In this document: in pieces, positions 7,765 through 16,400 of the stretch
How the letters are laid out: each line of letters opens with the position of its first letter
Position numbering within the stretch: the first letter of the stretch is position 1
Origin: a virus
Taxonomy: Duplodnaviria; Caudoviricetes
Length of the DNA: 45,401 bases
Strand: one strand, 5' to 3'
IMG/VR virus record: IMGVR_UViG_3300010366_000019
Span: 1-45,401 of that record
Program-made: the position numbers and the translations under genes
The notes under the pieces: model-generated
What the model was told of the DNA's origin: nothing
What the model saw: the letters and a program-made list of their open reading frames with translations, nothing else
Databases searched by the model: none

Positions 7765-8032
7765 GGATCTGGAGTGGGAGCAACCACCCCCGACCGCAGC
7801 CCGGCGAGGCAGCAAGTGGGACGCAACCGCTGCTGCCCTGAAGAACAAGCCCGGCAAGTGGGCGTGCATCGGGCGTGACGTCCCGACCACGATCGTCACG
7901 ACCATCAATCGTGGCGAGCTCCGCTGCTTCAAGCCAGCTGGTTCCTTCGAGTGCGTAACTCGGAACCACACCAGCCGGTGGCAGGCAGACGTATACGCCC
8001 GCTACGTCGGAGAACAACAAGAGCACGCGTGA
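7742..8032 (+). CDS. Actinophage-type hypothetical protein, possibly DNA-binding
   Basis: ggagg RBS; WEQPP..PGKWA..GSFE..VYARYVG pattern recalled from actinophages. Confidence 0.6.
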   Translation: MTGTPPPEDLEWEQPPPTAARRGSKWDATAAALKNKPGKWACIGRDVPTTIVTTINRGELRCFKPAGSFECVTRNHTSRWQADVYARYVGEQQEHA

Positions 8033-8164
8033 CCAACACGCGGGTCTGCGGCGGGTGCCAGGGGGTCATCTCTGGCACCCGCCGTTTCGCGTTGGCAACC
8101 GCCATCGCCAACCATGAGAGGACGTGCCCTTCACGGAGGGCCGTCCTGCAAGGAGAACAACAAC

Positions 8165-8620
8165 ATGAAACGACTGATCCTCGTCGGCGCCCTGGCGGCG
8201 CTGACAGCGTGCACACCCGCCCAGATCGCAAGGTGGCAGGAGTGGCACGCCCAGGACCCAGCCGCAGCCGAGGCGTTCGCCAACCAGCCAAGCGTGCAGC
8301 AGCAGCTGCGCAACCGACCAAGCGCAAGCGCTCCCCGGCCCGCCCAAAACCAGCCCAGGATCCGGGCACCGCGTAGCTCCGGTGTGAACTGGGACGCTGT
8401 CGCCCGTTGCGAGAGCGGTGGGCAGTGGCATCATCCACCCGTGACGAACCGCTACGGCACGTTCTCGGGTGGGCTCATGATCATGAACTCGGCGTGGCGC
8501 AACTTCGGCGGCACCCAGTTCGCTCCGCTCGCCTACCAGGCGTCGCGGGAGCAGCAGATCATCGTCGCCGAGCGCATCGCCGCTCGGGTCGGTGCCGCCC
8601 GAGCCTGGCAGTGCATCTGA
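8165..8620 (+). CDS. rpf: Lipoprotein with Rpf-type (resuscitation-promoting factor) transglycosylase domain
   Basis: Signal MKRLILVGALAALTA-C; WDAVARCESGG, GGL..W..FGG, ASREQQIIVAERI..AWQC. Confidence 0.85.
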   Translation: MKRLILVGALAALTACTPAQIARWQEWHAQDPAAAEAFANQPSVQQQLRNRPSASAPRPAQNQPRIRAPRSSGVNWDAVARCESGGQWHHPPVTNRYGTFSGGLMIMNSAWRNFGGTQFAPLAYQASREQQIIVAERIAARVGAARAWQCI

Positions 8621-8853
8621 TGGCCGGTGACCCGCTCACCGGCAAGGACTTCGTGGTCCACGAGCAGATCACCACGTGGGAGCAGGCGCTCGGGATCCTG
8701 CGGGAGAACCGGGAGCAGCTGCTGGCGTCGATCGATCGGTTCAGCCGATCGTCCGATCCCCGAGAGATCCTGGCCGCTGGCCTGTCCAGCAGCCTCGTCC
8801 TCACGGAGGTGATGATCGCCATGGTCCAGAGCGACATCACGATGCCGAAGTGA
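8620..8853 (+). CDS. Small hypothetical protein
   Basis: TGATG coupling. Confidence 0.55.
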   Translation: MAGDPLTGKDFVVHEQITTWEQALGILRENREQLLASIDRFSRSSDPREILAAGLSSSLVLTEVMIAMVQSDITMPK

Positions 8854-9026
8854 ACGTGTGCGTGATCTGCCAGGGTGACGGCGTGCTGCTCACCGCCGGC
8901 CAGTGGTACTGCGTCGACCACGTCCACGAAGGCTTCATCGCCACCGCTCGGATGGTGGCCCGCATCCTCGGCACCGACGAGTCGGAGGCTGAGGACAAGG
9001 CCTGGCGTTGGGCCGAAGAACTGTGA
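8850..9026 (+). CDS. Small Zn-binding protein
   Basis: GTGA overlap; CVIC...YCVDH. Confidence 0.55.
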   Translation: MNVCVICQGDGVLLTAGQWYCVDHVHEGFIATARMVARILGTDESEAEDKAWRWAEEL

Positions 9027-9121
9027 GCAAGAGGCAACCCGATTTCGACATCGGCGTTGCCTACCTGCTCGCGGCATTGGTACTCATTCTGATCTTCTCG
9101 ATCTTCATGGGTACCCGTTAA
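9023..9121 (+). CDS. 32-aa single-TM microprotein, not in the ORF track
   Basis: GTGA overlap; MSKRQPDFDIGVAYLLAALVLILIFSIFMGTR. Confidence 0.45.
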   Translation: MSKRQPDFDIGVAYLLAALVLILIFSIFMGTR

Positions 9122-9126
9122 AGAAT

Positions 9127-9169
9127 GACCCCGGTCGCCTCCTTCGGGAAGCGGCCGGGGTCTTTTTTT
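9127..9169 (+). terminator. Intrinsic terminator between convergent operons, possibly bidirectional
   Basis: gaccccggtcgcctcc-TTCG-ggaagcggccggggtc followed by T7; A-rich upstream. Confidence 0.9.
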
Positions 9170-9179
9170 GTGCCCCGAT

Positions 9180-9440
9180 TCAGGTGTACTCGCCTGGGTC
9201 GTAGCTCGGAGCGGGCGGTGGCGGCACCTCGATGCCGTTGTCGATCAACCGCGTGACCACCCGGTAGATGTACTCGCGCTGCTCTAGCAGGAGGTGACGC
9301 AGCGCCTCCACCTCGTCGGTGAGATCGTTGATCTCTCGACGGGTGACCCGTCGCTCGCGGCGTCTCACTTCGTGCGTCGTGATGTAGATCGCCCCCACCC
9401 CAGCGACCGAGGCGACGACGACGTCTACAAGACCAGCCAC
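9180..9440 (-). CDS. Membrane-anchored coiled-coil protein (lysis accessory candidate)
   Basis: N-terminal hydrophobic segment, coiled coil, Pro-rich tail; last gene of the late operon. Confidence 0.55.
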   Translation of the reverse strand: MAGLVDVVVASVAGVGAIYITTHEVRRRERRVTRREINDLTDEVEALRHLLLEQREYIYRVVTRLIDNGIEVPPPPAPSYDPGEYT

Positions 9441-9595
9441 CCCAGGCTGAGGGCGGCGAGGCCGAGGGCGATGACCGTGGCGTAGAACGTCTTGACCTGG
9501 AAGGCCACGAAGGCAGCGACCAAGAAGATGACCAACGCCACCAGGAACATGACGTCAGCGAAGCCGGTGTTGCCGCTGGCGATGTCGGCGATCAC
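9425..9595 (-). CDS. Holin-like two-TM protein (56 aa), not in the ORF track
   Basis: MIADIASGNTGFADVMFLVALVIFLVAAFVAFQVKTFYATVIALGLAALSLGWLVL; GTGA overlap. Confidence 0.6.
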   Translation of the reverse strand: MIADIASGNTGFADVMFLVALVIFLVAAFVAFQVKTFYATVIALGLAALSLGWLVL

Positions 9596-9975
9596 CACTG
9601 CCCGACCGCCTGCGGCATGGCCTGGGCCTGGTTGCCCTGGGCGATGCGAGCCAGCAGGGCCCGACGCATGGCGTCACGATCAGCCATCTGCTGCGGGTCG
9701 GCGGGCTGCTGGGGTGCCGGGCCACCGAGACCATGCGACATCCGGTTGCAGGTGAAGGCGCGGATCGCAGCCTGCTGGCTCATCTGCTGCGGGTGCTGAG
9801 GCTGGGCCGGGGCCCGCGACATCCCACCCTGGGGCGGCTGCGGCGGCGACCACACCTGCGGCGGCGCCTGCTGCATCCCGTAGTTGAACGGCCCACCACC
9901 CCACTGCCCGGCTGGCTGGACCTGAGCACGCTGGCCCATCAGCTGCTGGAGGTAGGCCAGCAGCCTCGGGTCCAT
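9592..9975 (-). CDS. Gln/Pro-rich low-complexity protein
   Basis: Translationally coupled on both sides. Confidence 0.6.
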   Translation of the reverse strand: MDPRLLAYLQQLMGQRAQVQPAGQWGGGPFNYGMQQAPPQVWSPPQPPQGGMSRAPAQPQHPQQMSQQAAIRAFTCNRMSHGLGGPAPQQPADPQQMADRDAMRRALLARIAQGNQAQAMPQAVGQW

Positions 9976-10214
9976 CAGTACCTGCCCTGCGCCGGGCGCT
10001 TGCCCATCAGCTTCGGCGTCTTCTTCGGCGGCAGTTCCTTGCTGATCTGCCCCGCCTTCTGGGCGGCGAGGGCCTGGGCCGTGCGCACGTCGGAGGCCGC
10101 CTGCCGCCGCCTCGCTGCAGCCTGCGCAGCGGGCGGCACCATCTTGGCGTTCGATGCCCCGGTCGACGGGTTGACTCGGATGTTGGACTTCGGCGGCTTG
10201 CGTGCGGCCATCAC
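9975..10214 (-). CDS. Small basic protein
   Basis: Lys/Arg/Ala-rich, coupled. Confidence 0.6.
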   Translation of the reverse strand: MMAARKPPKSNIRVNPSTGASNAKMVPPAAQAAARRRQAASDVRTAQALAAQKAGQISKELPPKKTPKLMGKRPAQGRY

Positions 10215-10354
10215 TTCACCTTCTTCAGCTTGGGGTTCTTGCGCTTCGCCGCAGCCGAGGCGTTGCGTGAGGACTTGGCGAGGATCGCCCCCGCTGCCTT
10301 CTGCGACACGCCCTGCTGCTTGGCGATCTTGTTCTGCACCGACTTGAAGCTCAT
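10211..10354 (-). CDS. Small Lys-rich protein (47 aa)
   Basis: ggaggaagg RBS; MSFKSVQNKIAKQQGVSQKAAGAILAKSSR... Confidence 0.65.
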   Translation of the reverse strand: MSFKSVQNKIAKQQGVSQKAAGAILAKSSRNASAAAKRKNPKLKKVK

Positions 10355-10364
10355 CCTTCCTCCT

Positions 10365-11303
10365 TCATCCAGGCCAGTCGGCCACACGCTCCCAGCCGCT
10401 CCACTGGCCGGGACCCGCGGGGTAGAAGATGTGCCACAACGCGCCGTCGAGACCCTGACCGCAGACATCGAGACGCAGCGGCGTGCCCGCTCCATCGGTC
10501 TCGCCGGTGACGCACGGGTCACCGGCCAGGCCACCGCCCAGGTCCTGCCACGGCGACCAGTGGCCATGCTCGACGTCCCACCAGTTGTGGTACAGCCGGC
10601 CGTCGTTGGCGCCGGTGACGAAGTTGTCGAGCCGTCCACCACCGAGGTAGATGCTCGCTGGGTTGGCCATGTCCACCTCCGGTGGGTTGGGGTTGGCCCG
10701 CAGGATGCATTCGCTCCGCACGTCCCACAGATCCCAGGTCCCGCTCGACGTGCACGAGCGCGGCACCCACGGACCCTGCACCGCGTTGGCGGTGGCCGGA
10801 TCGATCTTGCGATCGGGAGCGTAGAACTGGTGGGTGCTCACGTCGTCGGGCTGGTTGCCGAGGTCGGCATTGAGCACGTTGCTCACCGTGAAGGCAGCGT
10901 CGATCTGCGCTCGGGGGTAGGCCTCGCCGACCCCGTTGTTGCAGATCTCCATGCTCACGGCGTACTCGTTCATTCGGTCCTGGGGCACCTTGCCCCGACT
11001 GAACGACAGGCTCTTGCCCTTGCCGTTGGTGTTGGTGGCGCCGGCGGCCAGCACCCACACCGTCCCCGTCCGATCGACCATCAGGTTGGTGATGGGGCGG
11101 CTGTCCGACGAGTAGCACATGTAGTACGCGTCGTTGTCGGGGGTGGTGGCCGAGGCCGTATGGTGCCACATCACGCAGAGTGGACGGCCGGGCTCGTAGC
11201 CCCCCGTGCTACGAGACCGGGTCGTCCAACCGCTGTAGCGCACGACGGGAACGCCGGCTGCCTCGATGGCGTCGGCCATCCAGGTGAGCCAGACGTTGCC
11301 CAC
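10365..11303 (-). CDS. Endolysin: N-acetylmuramoyl-L-alanine amidase (Amidase_2-like) with C-terminal Trp-rich repeats
   Basis: VMWHHTA, SMEICNNG, THQ..RKIDP; C-terminal GxDGxLxH..W..W repeats. Confidence 0.85.
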   Translation of the reverse strand: MGNVWLTWMADAIEAAGVPVVRYSGWTTRSRSTGGYEPGRPLCVMWHHTASATTPDNDAYYMCYSSDSRPITNLMVDRTGTVWVLAAGATNTNGKGKSLSFSRGKVPQDRMNEYAVSMEICNNGVGEAYPRAQIDAAFTVSNVLNADLGNQPDDVSTHQFYAPDRKIDPATANAVQGPWVPRSCTSSGTWDLWDVRSECILRANPNPPEVDMANPASIYLGGGRLDNFVTGANDGRLYHNWWDVEHGHWSPWQDLGGGLAGDPCVTGETDGAGTPLRLDVCGQGLDGALWHIFYPAGPGQWSGWERVADWPG

Positions 11304-11407
11304 TACTCCTCCTCGGGTTCCGTCTCTTCGTCGACGTCGACCGAGTCCGGCTCGTCGCCGAACTCCACGTCCTCATCGGGCTCGACGGGCTCGTGCTCAT
11401 CGCTCAC
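11303..11407 (-). CDS. 34-aa highly acidic peptide
   Basis: ggagg RBS; MSDEHEPVEPDEDVEFGDEPDSVDVDEETEPEEE. Confidence 0.5.
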   Translation of the reverse strand: MSDEHEPVEPDEDVEFGDEPDSVDVDEETEPEEE

Positions 11408-11571
11408 GGGATGCCTCCAGGCGGATCGAAGTAATGGGTGTAGGGGAACGAGTCGTCGTGCTGGGGGCCGATCGGCTTGGTGCCGAGGGCCACCTCCTCG
11501 GGGGTGCTGGCGTACTGGTCCTCGGGGTCCGTCCACCCCGTCGACCGCTCGCCGAAGCTGACGTCGCTCAC
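11404..11571 (-). CDS. Small acidic protein (55 aa), not in the ORF track
   Basis: GTGA overlaps both sides; ggagga RBS. Confidence 0.5.
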   Translation of the reverse strand: MSDVSFGERSTGWTDPEDQYASTPEEVALGTKPIGPQHDDSFPYTHYFDPPGGIP

Positions 11572-11810
11572 GCCGGCGTCTCCTCCGGCGGCGCCTCCGT
11601 CGTGCCGGCCATGACTTCGGCATCGAACCCGGGATCAGCCTTCTGCGCTTCCGAATCCCACGGGGTCTCGATGCGCTTGCCGGTGACCGGGTCGTAGAAG
11701 TCGGGAGCCGAGAACGAGCCGTCGTGCTCGGGACCGACCGGCTTCCCATCCTTGCCGTCCTTGGTGTACTGCGACTCCTCGGCGGGTGCGTCGGACTTCT
11801 TCGTTGCCAT
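11568..11810 (-). CDS. Small acidic protein (80 aa)
   Basis: aaggag RBS. Confidence 0.65.
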   Translation of the reverse strand: MATKKSDAPAEESQYTKDGKDGKPVGPEHDGSFSAPDFYDPVTGKRIETPWDSEAQKADPGFDAEVMAGTTEAPPEETPA

Positions 11811-11822
11811 GTTCTCTCCTTG

Positions 11823-12464
11823 CTACGGGATCGTGATCGGGCCCTTGAACGGGGCGCCGACACCCATCGTGATGTACATGTCGTCGTAGAAGCCAACGGC
11901 TCCCCTGGTGACGATCTTCACCGTGTCGAAGGTGGTCTTGGTGCCAGCGTTCTTGGTGTCGACGTTGGTCGCCGAACCGATGCTGGTGCCGTTGACCTTC
12001 ATGTTGTAGGTACCCAGCGTGTCGTGCAGCTTGATCTGCAACTCGATGTAGGTCCAGGTGCTGGAGGGCAGCAGGCCGCCGGCGCTGGTGATCACACCGC
12101 TGAAGCCACGGATGTACAGCAGCAGCGACCCGGCGCTGTTGTAGCTGATGTAGGCGTGCTGCGTGGCCCCGGCATCGGAGAAGAAGTCCACGATGTGGGT
12201 CTCGCTGCCGAACCCGGCGGTCTTGAAGGCGAGGCCGCACGTGAGGGTGTCGGACTCCTTGGCCGAGGGGATGGCGAAGCTGATGGCGTCGGTGAAGTTG
12301 CCCTGCATCTGGGCGCACTTCCCGGTGCGACCGCCGGTGGGGCACGTCGGGGACCCGGAGATCGACCAGGGCGCGGTGAGGAAGTCGTTGAACGGCTCCA
12401 TCATCACGTCGCTGTAGGTGGTAGCCGCAGCCACCCCCGACGCCATCACCCCGACGCTGGTCAC
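11823..12464 (-). CDS. Virion protein with a beta-sandwich (LamG/concanavalin-like) receptor-binding-type domain
   Basis: GTGA overlap; WTYIEL..G.Y.MKVNG..YDDMYI pattern. Confidence 0.55.
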   Translation of the reverse strand: MTSVGVMASGVAAATTYSDVMMEPFNDFLTAPWSISGSPTCPTGGRTGKCAQMQGNFTDAISFAIPSAKESDTLTCGLAFKTAGFGSETHIVDFFSDAGATQHAYISYNSAGSLLLYIRGFSGVITSAGGLLPSSTWTYIELQIKLHDTLGTYNMKVNGTSIGSATNVDTKNAGTKTTFDTVKIVTRGAVGFYDDMYITMGVGAPFKGPITIP

Positions 12465-13420
12465 GCCATGTCGCCGATCATGACCCAGGCGTTGGCGGCG
12501 ATCTTCTTCGCCGTGCACGCCGAGTACTGGGCCCGGGTCTTCAGGCTCGGCGTGCCGTTGACCGTGGCCCCCGAGCCCGCAGCGAACGTGACCTGACCCG
12601 CACCCAGCTGCAGGAAGTCCACCTCGGCTCCGATCGGGAACGCCTGGGTGGCGTCGGACGGCATGGTCACGGTGATGGCAGCAGCGTTGGCCAACGTGAC
12701 CATCGTGTTCTCGTCGACAGCGACCGGGGCGTAGGTGGTCCCCGTCTGGCTGTTCAGCGGGCGTCGGATCGGAGCGCCGGACGCCGAGGCCGGGACCTTC
12801 CACGTCCCGTCAGCGCACAAGAAGACGGAGGCATCGCCGCCCGAGGGCGGCACGATGCCACTGGCCGAAGACGTGAAGGCGCTGATCGTCAGCGTGCGGT
12901 CGGCGCTCAGGTCGCCACCACCCGACAGCGGGGCCAGCGTGTTGATCTTGCGGGCCGTGGGCACCGGGGCGGCGACGGCAGCCAGGGTCACGAAGCGGGC
13001 ATCGACCGCATCCATCTGCGCATCGACGTTGGCCCCGGTGACGTACGTGCGCCCGGTGTTGTCGGCCGTGATGTTGGCTGCGCTGTGGGCGGAGACGCTG
13101 GCGACGTGGTTGTTGAGGGCGGTGGTGTTGTTGCCGATCGCCGCCGTGTTGGTGTTGATCTGCGACCCAGCCTGAGCCAGCTGCGCCTGCACGTCGGTGC
13201 CGATCAGCGGAGCAGCGTTGGGCACCGCGCTGATCGCCGTCGCTGCGTGTGCAGCGGTGGGATTCGAGATGTGGCTGGACAGGGCGTTGGTGGCCTGCGT
13301 GGTGAGGCGGCCGACCGTCATCTTCTTGGTCGTCGTCCCGTTCTGCACGACGAGCAGGTCGGAGTCGACCGGCGCTGTCTGCTCCGGGAGCTCGGGGATG
13401 GTGACCCGTGGTGCTGCCAT
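12461..13420 (-). CDS. Tail fibre-like protein
   Basis: Ala/Thr-rich, HxAxxI repeats, LSGGGDLSADRTL, C-terminal FPIG..QLGAGQVTF..WV..GD domain. Confidence 0.65.
   Translation of the reverse strand: MAAPRVTIPELPEQTAPVDSDLLVVQNGTTTKKMTVGRLTTQATNALSSHISNPTAAHAATAISAVPNAAPLIGTDVQAQLAQAGSQINTNTAAIGNNTTALNNHVASVSAHSAANITADNTGRTYVTGANVDAQMDAVDARFVTLAAVAAPVPTARKINTLAPLSGGGDLSADRTLTISAFTSSASGIVPPSGGDASVFLCADGTWKVPASASGAPIRRPLNSQTGTTYAPVAVDENTMVTLANAAAITVTMPSDATQAFPIGAEVDFLQLGAGQVTFAAGSGATVNGTPSLKTRAQYSACTAKKIAANAWVMIGDMA
13241..13256. repeat. Degenerate palindrome CGCTGCGTGTGCAGCG
   Basis: 14/16 match, read as AAHAA on the - strand. Confidence 0.55.
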
Positions 13421-16400
13421 CAGCCAGCCTTTCGTTGCAGTCGTTCGAGCTCACGCTTCATCGCGTCGCGCTGCGTGTAGTACCGGTTGAAGTATTCGTT
13501 CTGCTGCTGCTTCGGGGTCAAGGTCCTGACCGGGGCGCCGGCCCCGATGCGCAGGATCGACTCCAACCGACGCTGCTTGCCCTGGTCATCGGAGGGCAGC
13601 AGCCGTGACGTCCGATCGGCCAGCGGGTTTAGCGCCCGGTAGGCGTTGGCGAAGGCGGCATCCACCTCGCCGCCCTTCTCCTGCCCGAAGATCCGAGCCA
13701 ACGCCTGCAGCGGCAGGTTGGTGATGCCCGACGCCGGCGTCGTCTCGCCGGGCTCGAAGCTCTGGCCGGTGAAGATGTCCTTGCGGGTGGCGAACTCGAC
13801 CGGCGCCGAGAACAGCGGGTTGGCCTGGCTGAGCACGGCGCCCGGGCGCTTCAGCGACAGGAAGTCCTCGAAGTCCTGGAAGTCCTGCTGGATCCGGGAG
13901 TACCCGGTGTCGGGCATCACGTAGATCGGCAGGCCACCGGCGTCCCTGAGGATCGGGATGTTGGTCTTCGGGATCTTGAGCCCGGTGTTCCACGCTCCGG
14001 CCTTGGTCCAGTAGGCGGGCGTGTACTCCTCGTCGTCGGAGCGGAAGTTGGCCACGAAGTTCTCGTAGAGGCGGTAGCCCCGGGGATGCGTCCACATCTC
14101 CGACACCTGCATCGGCAGGTTGCGGGAGGCGAACGTCCAGAACGGGACGATCCGCTTCATCTTCTCGTCGAAGCTGGAGATCTCGCCGTAGTCGAAGTGG
14201 ATGCGGTTGATCCGCTGGATCGCCGAGGTGACGTCGTCGCCCGCCTTGACCGAGTCGAGCGCCATGCCCAGGCGCAGGCTGCCCTCAACCCGCTCGCCGA
14301 CACGCTGCGACCAGCGGGTGGCCTTGTTGCGGGTCAGCTTCTCCATCCGATCGGTGATGCGGTTGTGCTCGGTGATCTCGGCGAAGCCGGGCTCGGTGAA
14401 TCGGCCACCCGCACCGGAGCCATGGGTGGCATCGAAGGCGGCACGGATCTCGTCACCGGTGAAGCCCTTGTAGTGCTCGACGTTCTTCAGCCACTCCTCG
14501 CCGCCGTCCATGTACTGCTTCCACAGCTGGGCCCCGGCCAGCTGCGTGGCCATCGGCACGCCGTCGATGGAGTTCATGAAGATCCCCGACAGAGCGTTGC
14601 GCATGTGGAAGCCGGGGGTCAGCGTGGCGTAGGTCTTGAACAGGTTGGTGATGGCGTTGAAGGTGCGACCGAACAGCACCCGGTCCCGGGTCTGCTCGTA
14701 CAGGTTGGTGAAGGACTTGTGCAGGTTGCGGGAGAGGATGATGTCGCCCTCCTGCAGCAGGGCCTCCTTGCCGCCGGTGGCGTCGTAGAGCATCTTCCAG
14801 TTCTGGCCGACCGTGGTCAGCATGATGTCGAGCGTCTTGTCGTTGGGGTTGGCGACGGCGTCGATGGCACCCTGCACCTGCTTGGAGGTGAGGTCGTTCT
14901 CGGTCAGGCGGTCCGCCTCCTGGCGGGCGTCCTGCAGGATCCCCTCGACCGTGGCCAGGTCCTTGTCCAGGAGCTCGGGGTTCTGACGCGCCACCTTCTC
15001 GATGTCGTCGGCGACCTTCACCACGTCCATCTTCTTGGTGACCTTGTTGTCGACGATCACCTTGCGCTGGGCCCTGGCCTCCTCCCGCTGGGGGATGAAC
15101 TTGGCCTTCTCGTTGAGCGCTGCGTCGACCTGTGTCAGGGTCTGGGCCCGGTCGCGGATGGGCAGGAGGGTCTCATCACGTTCTTGCTCAGCAATACGCT
15201 TCACTTCTCGCCGAGCATCAGCGGCTGTGTCGGTGGCGACCTGGCGCTCGGCGGCGATGTTCTCCCGCTGCTGGCGGAACTCCTGACCCACGGGCCCAGC
15301 CTCGATGTCGTGGGCCTGACGTTCGAGGTTGGCGATCGCTTCCCGCTCGGTGCCGGGAGCGTATGGCTGACGACCACGCAGTTCGGTGGTCCGCTGGGGA
15401 GCGCCCTGCTCGCTCAGGCTGAAGACCTGGCGCTGCGCTGGCTCGGTCGGCTCCAAGGATTCGGCGAAGGCACGCGCCTTGAGTTCGTCACCCGTGCCCA
15501 TCGTCGGGGGGATCCGGGTCCCGGCGGGCTCGTTGCCGAACCGCTCGACGAAGGAGCCGGGGTTGTACCCAGCACGCAGCGCCTCCTCGACCGGATCAGT
15601 ACGGGGCAGGAGCTCGGTGCCCGGCGTCACGACCTTGTCCTGCATCGTCTGGTTGATGAGGTTCCGCTGCTCGACATCGATGTCGTTGAGCACACCCTGG
15701 AGATCACGACGCTGGGCGTCGGTGAGGTAGACGACGCCCGCATCCTCCATCACCTGCAGCTTCTGGTCGGCCTGCCGTAGGTTCCGGGCCAGCTTCTTGT
15801 ACTCCTCCGACGCCGGGTACCCGCCGACCCTCAGGTCCTTGGGCAGGGTCCCGGCCCGGACGTCGGCGATGAGGGCGTCGCCAGCACGGGTGCTGCCGTG
15901 GATCGCCTGCTCGGCCCGGGTCACATCGCCGGCCGCCTTGAGGTACTCGTCACGGTGTTCGAGCGCCTGCTTGTACGCACGGTCGGCGTTCATCCACCCG
16001 TTGCGCACCTGGTTGGCAGCGAACTCCGCTCGTCGGCTGGCCTCGACCGCCCGGTCGTAGGCGGCCCGGGCCTCGGACTCGGTCATGTTGCGGTGGCCCT
16101 TGGTCATGTCCAGGTACGCCCGCTCTTCAGCCCGCTGGGCTTCCCTCACCGAGTCCTCGGCGGCCTTGACGTCCTCGGTGTACGTCGCCTTGGTGGCGTC
16201 GTTCAGCGACCGCAGGTTCCGCTCATTCTCGACCGAGGCTTCGAGGCGCTGGGTGATCTCGTCGGCCCGCTTGCTGAAGGCGTCGTACTGCTGGCGCACC
16301 TCACCCGGCATCAGCATCGACACGCCGGAGTCGAGCAGCTGACGGTCGGCGTCGCGCTGGCCTTGCGGGATGCCGGGTCGCACATCTCGCGGCTGCTCGG

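Noticed and set aside
8029-8376. ORF starting at GTG 8029 with a CGGC..H..C motif
   Set aside because: Overlaps the Rpf gene by more than 200 nt; the 5' part might be real but I cannot support it
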